32,523 bases of DNA from Desulfobacterales bacterium (GCA_027066725.1 JAMONC010000251.1:1-32523); one strand, 5' to 3'; positions 8,213 through 18,151 are shown, counted from the first letter of the stretch. The notes: a model not told the origin generated them from the letters alone. Program-made: numbers and translations.

Positions 8213-10006
8213 ATGAAACTTTGTTTTAAAATAGCAGAGCCAATGTGGTGGCTTTATCCGCTACCACCTAAGAATCAAATTGAGAAGGCTCTTATTGGCT
8301 TTGTAAATACAAGAGTTGCTGTAGCAAATCATAAAAGCTTATGGGTTCCTGTTCAAGATATTGCAGGGGGGATAACTGCATATAAAGAATTAGAGGTTAT
8401 AATCAGAAAGGCTTTTAACCTTAAAGAAGAAATAGCTCTTCCTTTTCAATCCGTTATATGTATTAATGAATTACCAGAAAGTATTTGGCAGATAGCGCCT
8501 CCTGGGTGTCTTTTAGTTCCTGCAGGTTCTTTTGAAAACTCTCCTTCTTGGATTGGTCCTTGGGAAATAGTTGATTTAAAAGGGTGTTATCCAGAAAATG
8601 ATCCTTTTCCTTTTAGAAGCTTATTTTTAATTGGTAATTATAAAAGGGAGTGTTTTTTTTGTGGTAGTCATGATCATACTACAGAAAATTGCCCAAATCC
8701 TTGGGGGGATGGTTTTGAAGATGATTTTATAAGTTTTTTATCTAAAAAGCCTCCTGAACTATGGCGTATAGAAGTTCAGCATATGCTTTCTTCTGAAGGA
8801 ACAAAAGGGAAAAAACTTTCTGATCTAAAATCATCTCTTAGAATTTGTTTTAATTGGTCTACAGCTATAAAAGTTTGTCTTAGTACTGCTACTAGTTTAG
8901 CAGAGTTAAGAATTGCTCCAATAAAACAGGTAAATCAACAAAGTCTAGGTCCAGTTATAGCTGCTATTGAAAAAAAAGATCTAGTAAAAGCACATAAGAT
9001 ATTAAAGACATTTGATCCAGATAAGGCAGGAGCTGTTTATTATATACTTATGGGACTAATCAAGACCTCTTTTGGAAATCTTGAAGAGGCAACAGCGCTT
9101 TGGCTTTCTGCATATAAAAATGCAGGAATTCCTATGCATAGAGCATATAGTGCCCTTTTATTAGCAAGGGCATATCTTTTAGAAGGAGAATTAGAAAAGG
9201 CAGAAGAGGCTATATTTAAGGCTGTAGATGCTGATGGAAGTGCTGCTCCATGTAATTATTGGAGGGTTATTATATATTCTATAAGACGCCGCTCAGAGTT
9301 TATTGGCCCTGGGATAAGACGCTTAAGTAGCCTACCAAGATGGTTTACTGCAGCTATTATGGAGCCACTTTTAATCCCTTATATAAAGACTGTAGTAAAA
9401 GAATTTAATAGCATAGTTTCTGAATTAGAAGAAAGGATTGAGTCTGAGCTTAAAAAGACAGATTTTTTAATAGAAAATTTTGAAGCTGCTCTTGGTAAGG
9501 ATTTTGTTGAGTCTCATAAAATAAAACTTAGGGACTGGAGAGGAAAAAGATCTAATATGGGCTATGCTGATCTTATAAATGCACCAGAATATCTCTCTAG
9601 TTTTAGGCAAGAGTTAAGAAAGCAAGGCTATAGTATCTTAAAGTCTATTATATCAACAATAAAAAATAGAAAAAAAGAGCTTGAATTTATTTGTTCTACT
9701 CAGATTTTTTCTCCAAAGGCAAGAAGACTTCGTCTAAAGGCAATGGAATTGTTAAATCAGAGTCAATGGCTACTTAAAAAGTTAAAAGATTTTAATAACT
9801 TAAAACAACTTGCTGGTATAAAAGAAAAGGCTGAAGCCCTTGATATACAAGCATCTGAGGTAATAGAAGATTTTAAAGAGACTTTAAAAACTGATCAAAG
9901 AATTATGCTAATAGGTAAGATTTTAGGTAGACTCCTTCTTGCAGGTGGAATTATATGGCTTGTATATGCCTTATGGGATTTTTTTAGGACATTATTTTTA
10001 GGTTAA
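8213..10006 (+). CDS. Hypothetical tail-anchored protein with CCHC zinc knuckle, TPR-like helices and coiled coil
   Basis: The 597-aa ORF has a good SD. It carries C147-x2-C150-x4-H155-x4-C160 (CFFCGSHDHTTENC, nt 8651..8692). TPR-like helical repeats span about residues 255-345 (e.g. LEEATALWLSAYKNAG, AYSALLLARAYLLEGELEKAEEAIFKAV). Long charged helices follow over roughly residues 390-560. A single C-terminal hydrophobic helix (IMLIGKILGRLLLAGGIIWLVYALW, nt 9902..9976) ends the protein. I recognise no family. Confidence 0.75.
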   Translation: MKLCFKIAEPMWWLYPLPPKNQIEKALIGFVNTRVAVANHKSLWVPVQDIAGGITAYKELEVIIRKAFNLKEEIALPFQSVICINELPESIWQIAPPGCLLVPAGSFENSPSWIGPWEIVDLKGCYPENDPFPFRSLFLIGNYKRECFFCGSHDHTTENCPNPWGDGFEDDFISFLSKKPPELWRIEVQHMLSSEGTKGKKLSDLKSSLRICFNWSTAIKVCLSTATSLAELRIAPIKQVNQQSLGPVIAAIEKKDLVKAHKILKTFDPDKAGAVYYILMGLIKTSFGNLEEATALWLSAYKNAGIPMHRAYSALLLARAYLLEGELEKAEEAIFKAVDADGSAAPCNYWRVIIYSIRRRSEFIGPGIRRLSSLPRWFTAAIMEPLLIPYIKTVVKEFNSIVSELEERIESELKKTDFLIENFEAALGKDFVESHKIKLRDWRGKRSNMGYADLINAPEYLSSFRQELRKQGYSILKSIISTIKNRKKELEFICSTQIFSPKARRLRLKAMELLNQSQWLLKKLKDFNNLKQLAGIKEKAEALDIQASEVIEDFKETLKTDQRIMLIGKILGRLLLAGGIIWLVYALWDFFRTLFLG

Positions 10007-10636
10007 TTCTTTAGGATAAAGACATAGATCAAAAAGAGGACATTTTTCACATTTTGGTTTTCTTGCTGTACATATCTTTCTTCCATGATCAATTAATCTA
10101 TAAGATATTTTCCCCCAATCTTCTTTAGGAACAATCTTCATCAAATCTTTTTCTATTTTGACAGGATCTTTTTCTTTACTAAGTCCTAGTCTTTTAGAGA
10201 GTCTTTTTACATGAGTATCAACCGGTATACCTGCTACTTTGCCATAGGCATTATAAAGAATAATATTTGCGCTTTTTCTTGCAATGCCAGGCAAATTTAA
10301 TAACTCTTCCATCGTATCAGGTACTTTACCACCATGTTTTTCTACTATTATTTTACATGCATTTTTGAGGTTTTTTGCCTTATTTCTAAAAAAGCCTGTT
10401 GAGCGAATAAGGTCTTCTATTTCACTAAGCTCTGCTTCAGAAAGTGATTTTGGATCAGGAAAGCGTTTAAATACTTGAGGTGTAACCTTATTTACTCTTA
10501 CATCTGTACACTGGGCAGAAAGGACTACTGCAACTAGTAATTCATAAGGATTTTTAAAGTTAAGTGCTATTTTAGCATCGGGATATTCTTTTTTTAGTAT
10601 TTCTAAAATCTTTGAGATTCTCTCTGCTTCTTTCAT
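9998..10636 (-). CDS. nth: Endonuclease III (DNA glycosylase/AP lyase)
   Basis: It has an HhH motif (LPGIARKSANIIL), catalytic region DTHV and a 4Fe-4S cluster loop (CTARKPKCEKCPLFDLC). The supplied ORF starts at 10678. The ATG at 10636 (MKEAERISKI...) lies 1 nt after the upstream gene's stop and is the likelier start. Confidence 0.9.
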   Translation of the reverse strand: MKEAERISKILEILKKEYPDAKIALNFKNPYELLVAVVLSAQCTDVRVNKVTPQVFKRFPDPKSLSEAELSEIEDLIRSTGFFRNKAKNLKNACKIIVEKHGGKVPDTMEELLNLPGIARKSANIILYNAYGKVAGIPVDTHVKRLSKRLGLSKEKDPVKIEKDLMKIVPKEDWGKISYRLIDHGRKICTARKPKCEKCPLFDLCLYPKELT

Positions 10637-10637
10637 C

Positions 10638-11816
10638 TTAACTCCATTCATATAGATATTTAGGTTCAGGGGGCTCATCTCTCATAAAGCGCCATAGTCC
10701 TCCTGGTCTTAGTACAGGAGCAATTTCTTTTGAAAATCCTGCATCATCTCTGGCTTTAGAAAATAGCTTTGGTGGTAAATCTACAGGTTCATCTCCAAGA
10801 TCAAAAGTCCCCCAATGAATAGGAATAAATCTTTTAGCTCTTAGGTCTTTTGCTGCGCAAATTGCCTCCATAGGATCCATATGCACAGGACCCATTAGCC
10901 ACTTTGGTTCAAAAGCACCTATAGGAAGTAATGCAAGATCAAAAGGTCCAAACTTAGAGCCTATTTCTCTAAAAAAAGGAAAATATGCGCTATCACCTGC
11001 AAAAAATATCTTTATACCTTCAACTTCAAGAAACCATCCTGCCCATAATGTCCTGTTTGTATCTCCAACGCCTCGTTTTGACCAATGCTGAGCAGGAAGA
11101 CATGTAATCCTTATGTTATGGAGATATAAATCCTGAAACCAATCTAATTCTGTAACACGAGTATTTTTTATACGTCTTTTTATTATTGAACCACACCTAA
11201 GAGGAACGATATACCTATCTACTTTTATTTCCTTTAAAGAAGGAATATCTAAATGATCTCTATGAGAATGACTTATAATTACTATATCTATTTTAGGTAG
11301 TTCTTTTACTTTAAAAGGTAGGTGTTGAAGCCTTGGGAAAAATGGAAATAGACTTCCAAAGATTGGATCTGTTAATATATTTAATCCTGCAATCTTTATC
11401 CATACAGTGCTATGGCCTATAAAACATATTACAGGTTCTGAAATCTTTTTAAATTTTTCAATATCTAGGTTAACTGGTGCAGGAGGTATTACAGCAATCT
11501 TTTGTTGTGCACTCCATTGAGGTTTTCTTCCTATGCCGTGTAGAGTTTGTCCATGAACAGGTTGAGTAACTAACCATGGATTTTGAAACCCTGTTCTTGT
11601 ATGATGAAGCTTATAGCGAGCCATTGTCTCTACATCTGCAATACCTCTAGCATGTTCACAGCCATAGCCTTTTACTGGCTGTTTTATTGCCATTCTTAGC
11701 ATAGGAACTACAGATAAAAGTAATAGACGTGTACGGGGGTTTTTAATAAAATTTAGCCGACCACTATTTTTTGTTTTATTCATAATATTTGAAAAAGAGA
11801 TCGGCATGTATTTCAC
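10638..11816 (-). CDS. MBL-fold metallo-hydrolase (NAPE-PLD-like subgroup)
   Basis: 392 aa with the HxHxDH zinc motif in IISHSHRDHLD and a later HW..FDL segment. The start may be the GTG at 11816 or the in-frame ATG three codons later. Confidence 0.8.
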   Translation of the reverse strand: MKYMPISFSNIMNKTKNSGRLNFIKNPRTRLLLLSVVPMLRMAIKQPVKGYGCEHARGIADVETMARYKLHHTRTGFQNPWLVTQPVHGQTLHGIGRKPQWSAQQKIAVIPPAPVNLDIEKFKKISEPVICFIGHSTVWIKIAGLNILTDPIFGSLFPFFPRLQHLPFKVKELPKIDIVIISHSHRDHLDIPSLKEIKVDRYIVPLRCGSIIKRRIKNTRVTELDWFQDLYLHNIRITCLPAQHWSKRGVGDTNRTLWAGWFLEVEGIKIFFAGDSAYFPFFREIGSKFGPFDLALLPIGAFEPKWLMGPVHMDPMEAICAAKDLRAKRFIPIHWGTFDLGDEPVDLPPKLFSKARDDAGFSKEIAPVLRPGGLWRFMRDEPPEPKYLYEWS

Positions 11817-11867
11817 CCCTTAAAAAATGTTTTTTCAATTAAAGAAAAATAGTGATAAAAAGAAAGA

Positions 11868-13301
11868 ATGTCAAAAAATTTTAGTGAAAGAAAAGACTTT
11901 ATTATTCATCCTGGATTATTAATAGCTGGAACTAATAGTGGTTGTGGTAAAACTACAGTCACTTTAGCCCTTATGGAAGCCTTTAAGAGAAAAGGGGTTA
12001 AAGTTTGTCCATTTAAAGTAGGCCCTGATTTTATAGATCCAGGACTACATCGTCTTATTTTAGGAACAGCTTCACACAATTTAGATACTTGGATGTTATC
12101 TTCTAGTAAAGTTAAAGAACTTTATAGTTCTGTAAGTCAAGGCTTTGATTTAAGTATAGTTGAAGGAGTTATGGGACTATATGACGGAGCAAGTGGAAGT
12201 AGTGAAGAGGGCTCTTCTGCACAAATAGCAAAACTTCTTGGCTTAAAGGTATTATTAGTTGTAAATGCTAAATCAATGTCAAGAAGTGTTGCTGCTTTAG
12301 TAAAAGGTTTTATAGATTTTGATCCCGAGCTAGAATTCTTAGGTGTTATTTTAAATAATGTAGGAAGTAAGAACCATAAAGAGCTCCTTTTTGAAGCCTT
12401 AAAGCCTTTATCCCTTGATTTTATAGGATTTTTGCCTAGAGATCCTAATATTGTGCTTCCTTCAAGGCACTTAGGACTGGTTACTGCAGAAGAAAATCCT
12501 TTTTCTAATGAGTTTAAAAAAAGGCTTTTTAATTGGATTTGTAAGGGTCTTAATATAGACAAGTTATATGAGCTTTTAAAAAGAAGATCTTATTCTGGAC
12601 CAAAAAGCTTAAAAGATCCAAAAGTAAATACACATAAGGTTTATAAAAAAGGTAAGATTAAAACTCCTAAGAAAATAGCTGTTTCTTGGGATAAGGCTTT
12701 TTGTTTTTTATATCAGGCTAACTTAGATTTACTAAAAAATTTAGGGGTAAAGATAGAAATTTTCTCTCCTTTAAGAGATAAAAAACTTCCTCCTAAAACT
12801 CAAGGTATATATCTTTGCGGAGGATATCCTGAACTTTATGCAAAAGAGTTGTCTGAAAATATAGAGCTTTTAAGGATAATAAAGGAATTTATAGAAGATA
12901 ATAAAATAGTATATGCTGAGTGTGGGGGAATGATTTATTTATCTCAAGGGATAATATCTCAAGAAAAGGTTTTTAAGTTTTCTGGCATATTTCCTTTTTG
13001 GACAAAGATGTCAGATCGTCTAAGTGCTTTAGGGTATAGAGAGGTAAAATTTATAAAAGATTGTTTTCTTGCTACTAAAGGGACTATTATAAAAGGACAT
13101 GAATTTCATTATTCATTTTTAGATATTGAAGATAGTAAAAAAGATGTGGCTAAAGAGATAAACATATATGAAGTCTTTGATAGAAAAGGACAAAAAATTG
13201 CTACCCAGGGCTTTTTATATAAAAATTGTTTAGCCAGTTATGTTCATCTTCATTTTTTAAGCAATATAGAGTTATGTGAGAGCTTTGTAAAATCTTTATA
13301 A
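11868..13301 (+). CDS. cbiA: Cobyrinate a,c-diamide synthase
   Basis: 477 aa with an N-terminal P-loop (GTNSGCGKTTVTLALM), a C-terminal glutamine amidotransferase with nucleophile Cys (YAECGGMIYL) and HEFHYS. Confidence 0.88.
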   Translation: MSKNFSERKDFIIHPGLLIAGTNSGCGKTTVTLALMEAFKRKGVKVCPFKVGPDFIDPGLHRLILGTASHNLDTWMLSSSKVKELYSSVSQGFDLSIVEGVMGLYDGASGSSEEGSSAQIAKLLGLKVLLVVNAKSMSRSVAALVKGFIDFDPELEFLGVILNNVGSKNHKELLFEALKPLSLDFIGFLPRDPNIVLPSRHLGLVTAEENPFSNEFKKRLFNWICKGLNIDKLYELLKRRSYSGPKSLKDPKVNTHKVYKKGKIKTPKKIAVSWDKAFCFLYQANLDLLKNLGVKIEIFSPLRDKKLPPKTQGIYLCGGYPELYAKELSENIELLRIIKEFIEDNKIVYAECGGMIYLSQGIISQEKVFKFSGIFPFWTKMSDRLSALGYREVKFIKDCFLATKGTIIKGHEFHYSFLDIEDSKKDVAKEINIYEVFDRKGQKIATQGFLYKNCLASYVHLHFLSNIELCESFVKSL

Positions 13302-13775
13302 TTATTTCCCCCATAAAATATAATATCCTAAGTTATAAAAAAAATGTAAAATTACGGCAGGCCATAATGAATTGTGTTTTTCTCTAAAAATGCCAAATAT
13401 TATTGCTGGGAAAAATGTAGCTAATGCCCATAAGATGGGATGAAAAAATACATGGAAACACGAAAAGATGATGGCAGAGATAATGTTTGCTATACTTATA
13501 CCTAAAAAGCTGTTGGTTAACTTAAACTCTATCTTTAGATAAGGTATTAAAAAACCCCTAAAAAAGAATTCTTCAGGAAAAGCTACTAGAAAAAATTGAG
13601 AGCTTAAAAAATGAATAGAATTTTTTAATGTAAAATGAGGAGGGATAGAAAAGGAAAGAAAAAGATAAAAGATTAGTGCTAATAAAAGGGCTAAATAAAA
13701 CCATATATCTTTAAAGGTATTTCCTATTTGGAGTACACCTGTAAATTTTAAGAAATTGATCCAGAAGGATTTCAT
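13302..13775 (-). CDS. CPBP-family intramembrane metalloprotease (CAAX protease-like)
   Basis: A 157-aa membrane protein with the EExxxR motif (PEEFFFRG), FSCFH and HFFYN motifs. Confidence 0.8.
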   Translation of the reverse strand: MKSFWINFLKFTGVLQIGNTFKDIWFYLALLLALIFYLFLSFSIPPHFTLKNSIHFLSSQFFLVAFPEEFFFRGFLIPYLKIEFKLTNSFLGISIANIISAIIFSCFHVFFHPILWALATFFPAIIFGIFREKHNSLWPAVILHFFYNLGYYILWGK

Positions 13776-13791
13776 ACTTCATAATATATTA

Positions 13792-14397
13792 TTAAAGAGG
13801 ACGCCTTGCCTCTAGAGCCCTTTTTAAGGTAACAGGGTCTGCATACTTTATATCCATTCCCATTGGTATGCCACAAGCAATGCGGGTTATTTTAACGTCT
13901 GTGTCTGAAAGTATTTTTGAGATATATGCAGCAGTAGCCTCTCCTGCTACTGTAGGACTTGTAGCTATTATTATTTCTTTTATTTTTTCTTTTTCTATCC
14001 TATTTTTTAGTTGAGAGAGTCTTAATTCATCTGGGCCTATGCCATCTCTTGGAGATAGAACACCATGTAATACATGATAACGCCCTTTAAATTCCCCTGC
14101 CTTTTCCATTGCTAAAAGATCCCCTGGGTCTTCTACTACACATACTATTTCTTTATTTCTCTTGGGATTACTACATATTGGACAAGGATCTTGATCAGAG
14201 AATGTAAAACAAATAGAACAAAGTCTTATGCTCTTATGTAAGTTTAATATAGAATCTGCTAATTCCTTTGCTTGGTCTTCAGGAGACCTTAATATAAAAA
14301 GAGCAAGGCGTGTAGCAGTTTTTTCTCCGATTCCAGGAAGCTTAGATAGGTTTTCTACCACTCTTTTTAATGCTGGAGGTAAGATATTAGATGCCAT
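13792..14397 (-). CDS. recR: Recombination protein RecR
   Basis: 201 aa with HhH (LPGIGEKTATRLA), a Cys4 zinc finger (CSIC...CPIC) and a Toprim region. Confidence 0.92.
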   Translation of the reverse strand: MASNILPPALKRVVENLSKLPGIGEKTATRLALFILRSPEDQAKELADSILNLHKSIRLCSICFTFSDQDPCPICSNPKRNKEIVCVVEDPGDLLAMEKAGEFKGRYHVLHGVLSPRDGIGPDELRLSQLKNRIEKEKIKEIIIATSPTVAGEATAAYISKILSDTDVKITRIACGIPMGMDIKYADPVTLKRALEARRPL

Positions 14398-14419
14398 AGA
14401 AAATTTTATCAGTTCCTTT

Positions 14420-15406
14420 CTATTTTTTTAATTCTATTAATAACGCTTCTGCAAAAAGTGATAGATTTATATTCCGTACAATAGCAACTGAAGCAAAGTC
14501 TAATTGTGAGATAAATTTATATAATCTTTTAGTTTCATATAATTTACTTCCAGCTTGTATAAAAGCCAATAGATCGAGATTTAAAATTTTAGGACAAGCA
14601 CCATGTTTATTAAATAATAAGACATCTCTTACCCATGATTTTAATAATTCTAAGCAGTTATTAAATATATCTTGATCTTGACTCATATATTCAGTTAAAA
14701 AAAATAGTTCCTTGACCCATGCTTTTTTATGAGAAAGATAACTAAATAATTTTTTTCTCCAAAAAAGAAATTCTTGAGATAAGAAAACTTTTGCTTTATC
14801 TAGATTGCCTTCAGATAGGTGAAGAGAAAAATTATATAACTCAGTAGGTAGTTGAGGAATTTCTTCTTTTAGTATTTCAAAAAGTGTTAAGAAATCTTTA
14901 GGCTTACATCTTAAAATAATAGACCTTGAAACAATAGTAGGTAAAAGAAGTCTTGCATTTGGAGATGTTAAAAATATATATGCTCCGTTGGGCGGCTCTT
15001 CAAGAACTTTTAATAAAGCATTTGATGCTTCAATTCTCATGGTTTCTGCATGAGATATAATGCAAACTCGGTTTTTCCCTTCAAGGGGTTTAAGTGATAA
15101 GATTCTTTTTATTTCTCTTATTTGATTTATTTTAATTACTCCGTCTTCTGGCTCAATTATATGCATATCTGGATGAAGAAAGCTATTTACCTTACGACAA
15201 GAACTGCATTTATCACAATAAGTTAAGAGGTTATCTTTTTTAGTTATATTTTTGCATAATAAAATCTTTGAAAGTTCTATAGCTTTTTCTGTCTTTTTTG
15301 ATCCTTGAGGTCCTACAAGTAAAAAAGAATGAGCAAGTCTGTCTTTTTTTATCATGTTAGATATGATTTTTTCTGGAGGAGTGTATAAATTTTTAGTCTG
15401 AATCAT
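14420..15406 (-). CDS. holB: DNA polymerase III subunit delta'
   Basis: 328 aa with AHSFLLVGPQGSKKT, a zinc module (CDKCSSCRK) and LLKVLEEPP. It overlaps the upstream gene by 14 nt. Confidence 0.85.
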   Translation of the reverse strand: MIQTKNLYTPPEKIISNMIKKDRLAHSFLLVGPQGSKKTEKAIELSKILLCKNITKKDNLLTYCDKCSSCRKVNSFLHPDMHIIEPEDGVIKINQIREIKRILSLKPLEGKNRVCIISHAETMRIEASNALLKVLEEPPNGAYIFLTSPNARLLLPTIVSRSIILRCKPKDFLTLFEILKEEIPQLPTELYNFSLHLSEGNLDKAKVFLSQEFLFWRKKLFSYLSHKKAWVKELFFLTEYMSQDQDIFNNCLELLKSWVRDVLLFNKHGACPKILNLDLLAFIQAGSKLYETKRLYKFISQLDFASVAIVRNINLSLFAEALLIELKK

Positions 15407-16463
15407 CTTTTTTATCTTCTAAGGACCAAATGGTAGATTGAATATTTTTAAAAATATCTCTTTCTTTTAATTCTACAGTTTTAAATCCTTCGACCTCTTC
15501 TTTTAAAGGAGATAAGAAGAAATATCTACCCATTAGATGTTGGAACGAGGTCCAACTACGTTCTTTATTTGTTTTATCTATTTCTTTTTTTAAGGAATAT
15601 AAATAATTTAATTTTGCATCTAGATCATCAATCATATAAAGTACAATAGCTTCTTCTGTCATTGGCTCTACAACAGCTCCAAACTCTTTTTGTCCATGAT
15701 GGCTTAAGATAAGGTGCTTTAGAGCTATAATACGAGGATTATTTAAAGAAATACCAACATTTTTAGATGCTTCGTCTACAATATTAGTTCCAAGTACAAG
15801 ATGTCCAATTAGTCGTCCTTCATCAGTATAATCTATGGGAGGACTATCATATTTAAACTCTTTAATTTTCCCAACGTCATGTAATAATGCACCAGCAATC
15901 AATAAATTTCTATCTAAGTAGCTATAGATTTTTACTATCTTATCAGCAAGCCTAGTAACTCCAAATGTATGTTCTAATAGACCGCCAATATATGCATGAT
16001 GAACTTTTTTGGCTGCAGGGGCATTGTAAATAAGCCTTTTATAGCCTAACTCAGAAAATATCCAGTCTAAAACAGGACGAAGAACAGGGTCTTGTACCGT
16101 TTTTATAAAGCTTTTTATTTTTTTCCATAAAAAATCTCGATCAAGGTTTGTGACAGGTAGAAATTCTTCTGGATTTGTTAACTCAAGAGATATTGGTTCA
16201 AGTTTTATTATTTTTAGCTGTAAATTATCTCGAAAAGTCTGTACTTCTGCTGTAATTTTAAAAAAACTTCCTGGTTCTGGTGGGGTAAAATTAGAAGGTA
16301 ATTCCCATAATCTTGCCTCAATACTTCCTGTTTTATCCATTAAGGTAAGGGCTAAATAAGGATCTCCATTCTTAGTTGTAAGTATCTTGCTTGATTCTAT
16401 GCAAAAGATTCCATCTACCATGCCTTGGCTTACAATATCGCTAATATAAGTACCTTTTTTCAT
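15393..16463 (-). CDS. OB-fold plus HD-domain protein, YhaM-like 3'-5' exoribonuclease family
   Basis: 356 aa with an N-terminal OB-like region and HD-domain motifs HHAYIGGLLEH, LLHDVGK and LILSHHG. Confidence 0.7.
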   Translation of the reverse strand: MKKGTYISDIVSQGMVDGIFCIESSKILTTKNGDPYLALTLMDKTGSIEARLWELPSNFTPPEPGSFFKITAEVQTFRDNLQLKIIKLEPISLELTNPEEFLPVTNLDRDFLWKKIKSFIKTVQDPVLRPVLDWIFSELGYKRLIYNAPAAKKVHHAYIGGLLEHTFGVTRLADKIVKIYSYLDRNLLIAGALLHDVGKIKEFKYDSPPIDYTDEGRLIGHLVLGTNIVDEASKNVGISLNNPRIIALKHLILSHHGQKEFGAVVEPMTEEAIVLYMIDDLDAKLNYLYSLKKEIDKTNKERSWTSFQHLMGRYFFLSPLKEEVEGFKTVELKERDIFKNIQSTIWSLEDKKDDSD

Positions 16464-16480
16464 TTTTAAATCTCTAAAGG

Positions 16481-18118
16481 TTAGAGTTTATATCCATGTG
16501 CCACAGGATAACGCCTTCCACAACCAAATGCTCTGCTTGTTACTCTTGGCCCAAAAGGGGCTTGTTGGCGTTTATATTCACTTTTATCTATCATTCTTAT
16601 AACCCTTTTTACAAGATCAGGATCAAGCCCTTTGGCGATAATTTCATCAGGAGATGCGCCAAGTTCTAAATACATATGGATTACTGTATCAACAATCTCA
16701 TAAGGCGGAAGTTCATCTTGATCTTTTTGATTGGGTCTTAATTCAGCAGAAGGTGGCTTTATAAGTACTCTATGGGGGATTATTTCTCTTTCTCTATTTA
16801 AAAAATAAGCTAATTTATAGACCATTGTCTTTGGCACATCACATATAAGGGCAAATCCACCGCTTAAATCCCCATAAAGCGTGCAATAGCCAACAGCCAA
16901 CTCACTTTTGTTGCCTGTAGAAATAACTAAATGGCCAAATTTATTAGATATTGCCATTAATATATTGCCGCGTATCCTAGCCTGAATATTTTCTTCTGTA
17001 GTATCGGTAGGATATCCTTTAAATACAGGAGCAAGCTCTTTCAAATAGGCATTAAAGATATTAGTGATTGGTATTTTAATGGTTTTGATACCAAGATTTT
17101 TAGCAAGCCCCATAGCATCTTCTATACTTTCTTTTGAGGTAAAGGGAGAAGGCATTAAAACTCCTAATACATTCTCTGCCCCAAGAGTTTTTACAGCAAT
17201 AACAGCTGTTACAGAAGAATCTATCCCTCCACTTAACCCTAAAACTATTTTTTTAAATCCTGTTCGTCTCATATAATCAAAAAGCCCAATACTTAAGGCT
17301 TTTAAAAGGGCCTCTTCATCGCAACTAGATGTAGGGTGTGTCTCTCCTTTAAGTTTTTCTATATCAACAAAGATGATATCTTCTTTAAAGTCTCTTGCAT
17401 GGGCAATAAGCTCTCCTTTATGATCTACTGCCATAGAATTACCATCAAATATTAGGCTATCTTGTCCACCAACCTGATTTATATAGAAAAAAGGTCTCCT
17501 ATATTTTTGTGCTAAATGAGTAAGAAGATGTTTTCGAAATTTTGGTTTTCCTAAATTAAAAGGTGAGGCAGATATGTTTATAAAAAGATCAACTTTCTCT
17601 TTAAAAAGTTCTTCTACAGGATCAACAGGGTATAGATGTCTAGGAAATAAATCTTTATCGTTCCATATATCTTCACAAACACTAAGGCCTATCTTTTTTT
17701 CACCGATTTTTACCCATGAGCTTCTTTGCCCTGGTGCAAAATATCTTGCCTCATCAAATACATCATAAGTTGGAAGAAGCCTTTTATCTCCTCGTTGTAG
17801 AATTTTACCATCTTTAAACACAAATATAGAGTTAAATATAGGACGGCCTACGTCGGAATTATTTTTAGAAATACCACCACATATTACTGTAATACCTTTT
17901 ATTTTATCAATTAACTCCCAAAGGGCCTTTATACTATCTTCTATAAATTCTTGCCTTTCAAGAAGATCCTTGGGAGGATAACCACATATAGATAATTCAG
18001 GAAATATTACAACATCAGCCCCATTTTTTTTTGCCTGTTCCGAGAAGTTACAGATCTTTTGTATATTTTCACTAAAGGCGCCTATTGTAGGATTGGTTTG
18101 TGCTAGCGCAAACTTCAC
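16481..18118 (-). CDS. nadE: Glutamine-dependent NAD+ synthetase
   Basis: 545 aa with an N-terminal CN-hydrolase (glutaminase) domain with ICGYPP and VCEDIW. The C-terminal synthetase has the PP-loop GLSGGIDSS. Confidence 0.92.
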   Translation of the reverse strand: MKFALAQTNPTIGAFSENIQKICNFSEQAKKNGADVVIFPELSICGYPPKDLLERQEFIEDSIKALWELIDKIKGITVICGGISKNNSDVGRPIFNSIFVFKDGKILQRGDKRLLPTYDVFDEARYFAPGQRSSWVKIGEKKIGLSVCEDIWNDKDLFPRHLYPVDPVEELFKEKVDLFINISASPFNLGKPKFRKHLLTHLAQKYRRPFFYINQVGGQDSLIFDGNSMAVDHKGELIAHARDFKEDIIFVDIEKLKGETHPTSSCDEEALLKALSIGLFDYMRRTGFKKIVLGLSGGIDSSVTAVIAVKTLGAENVLGVLMPSPFTSKESIEDAMGLAKNLGIKTIKIPITNIFNAYLKELAPVFKGYPTDTTEENIQARIRGNILMAISNKFGHLVISTGNKSELAVGYCTLYGDLSGGFALICDVPKTMVYKLAYFLNREREIIPHRVLIKPPSAELRPNQKDQDELPPYEIVDTVIHMYLELGASPDEIIAKGLDPDLVKRVIRMIDKSEYKRQQAPFGPRVTSRAFGCGRRYPVAHGYKL

Positions 18119-18151
18119 TCTTTTCTCCCGGATTTTTTTAACTTTTATTTA

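Noticed and set aside
10637-10678. N-terminal extension of nth overlapping the 3' end of the MBL hydrolase gene by 41 nt
   Set aside because: The internal ATG at 10636 gives a normal Endonuclease III N-terminus and sits 1 nt after the upstream stop. That makes a simple coupled arrangement more plausible than a long overlap.
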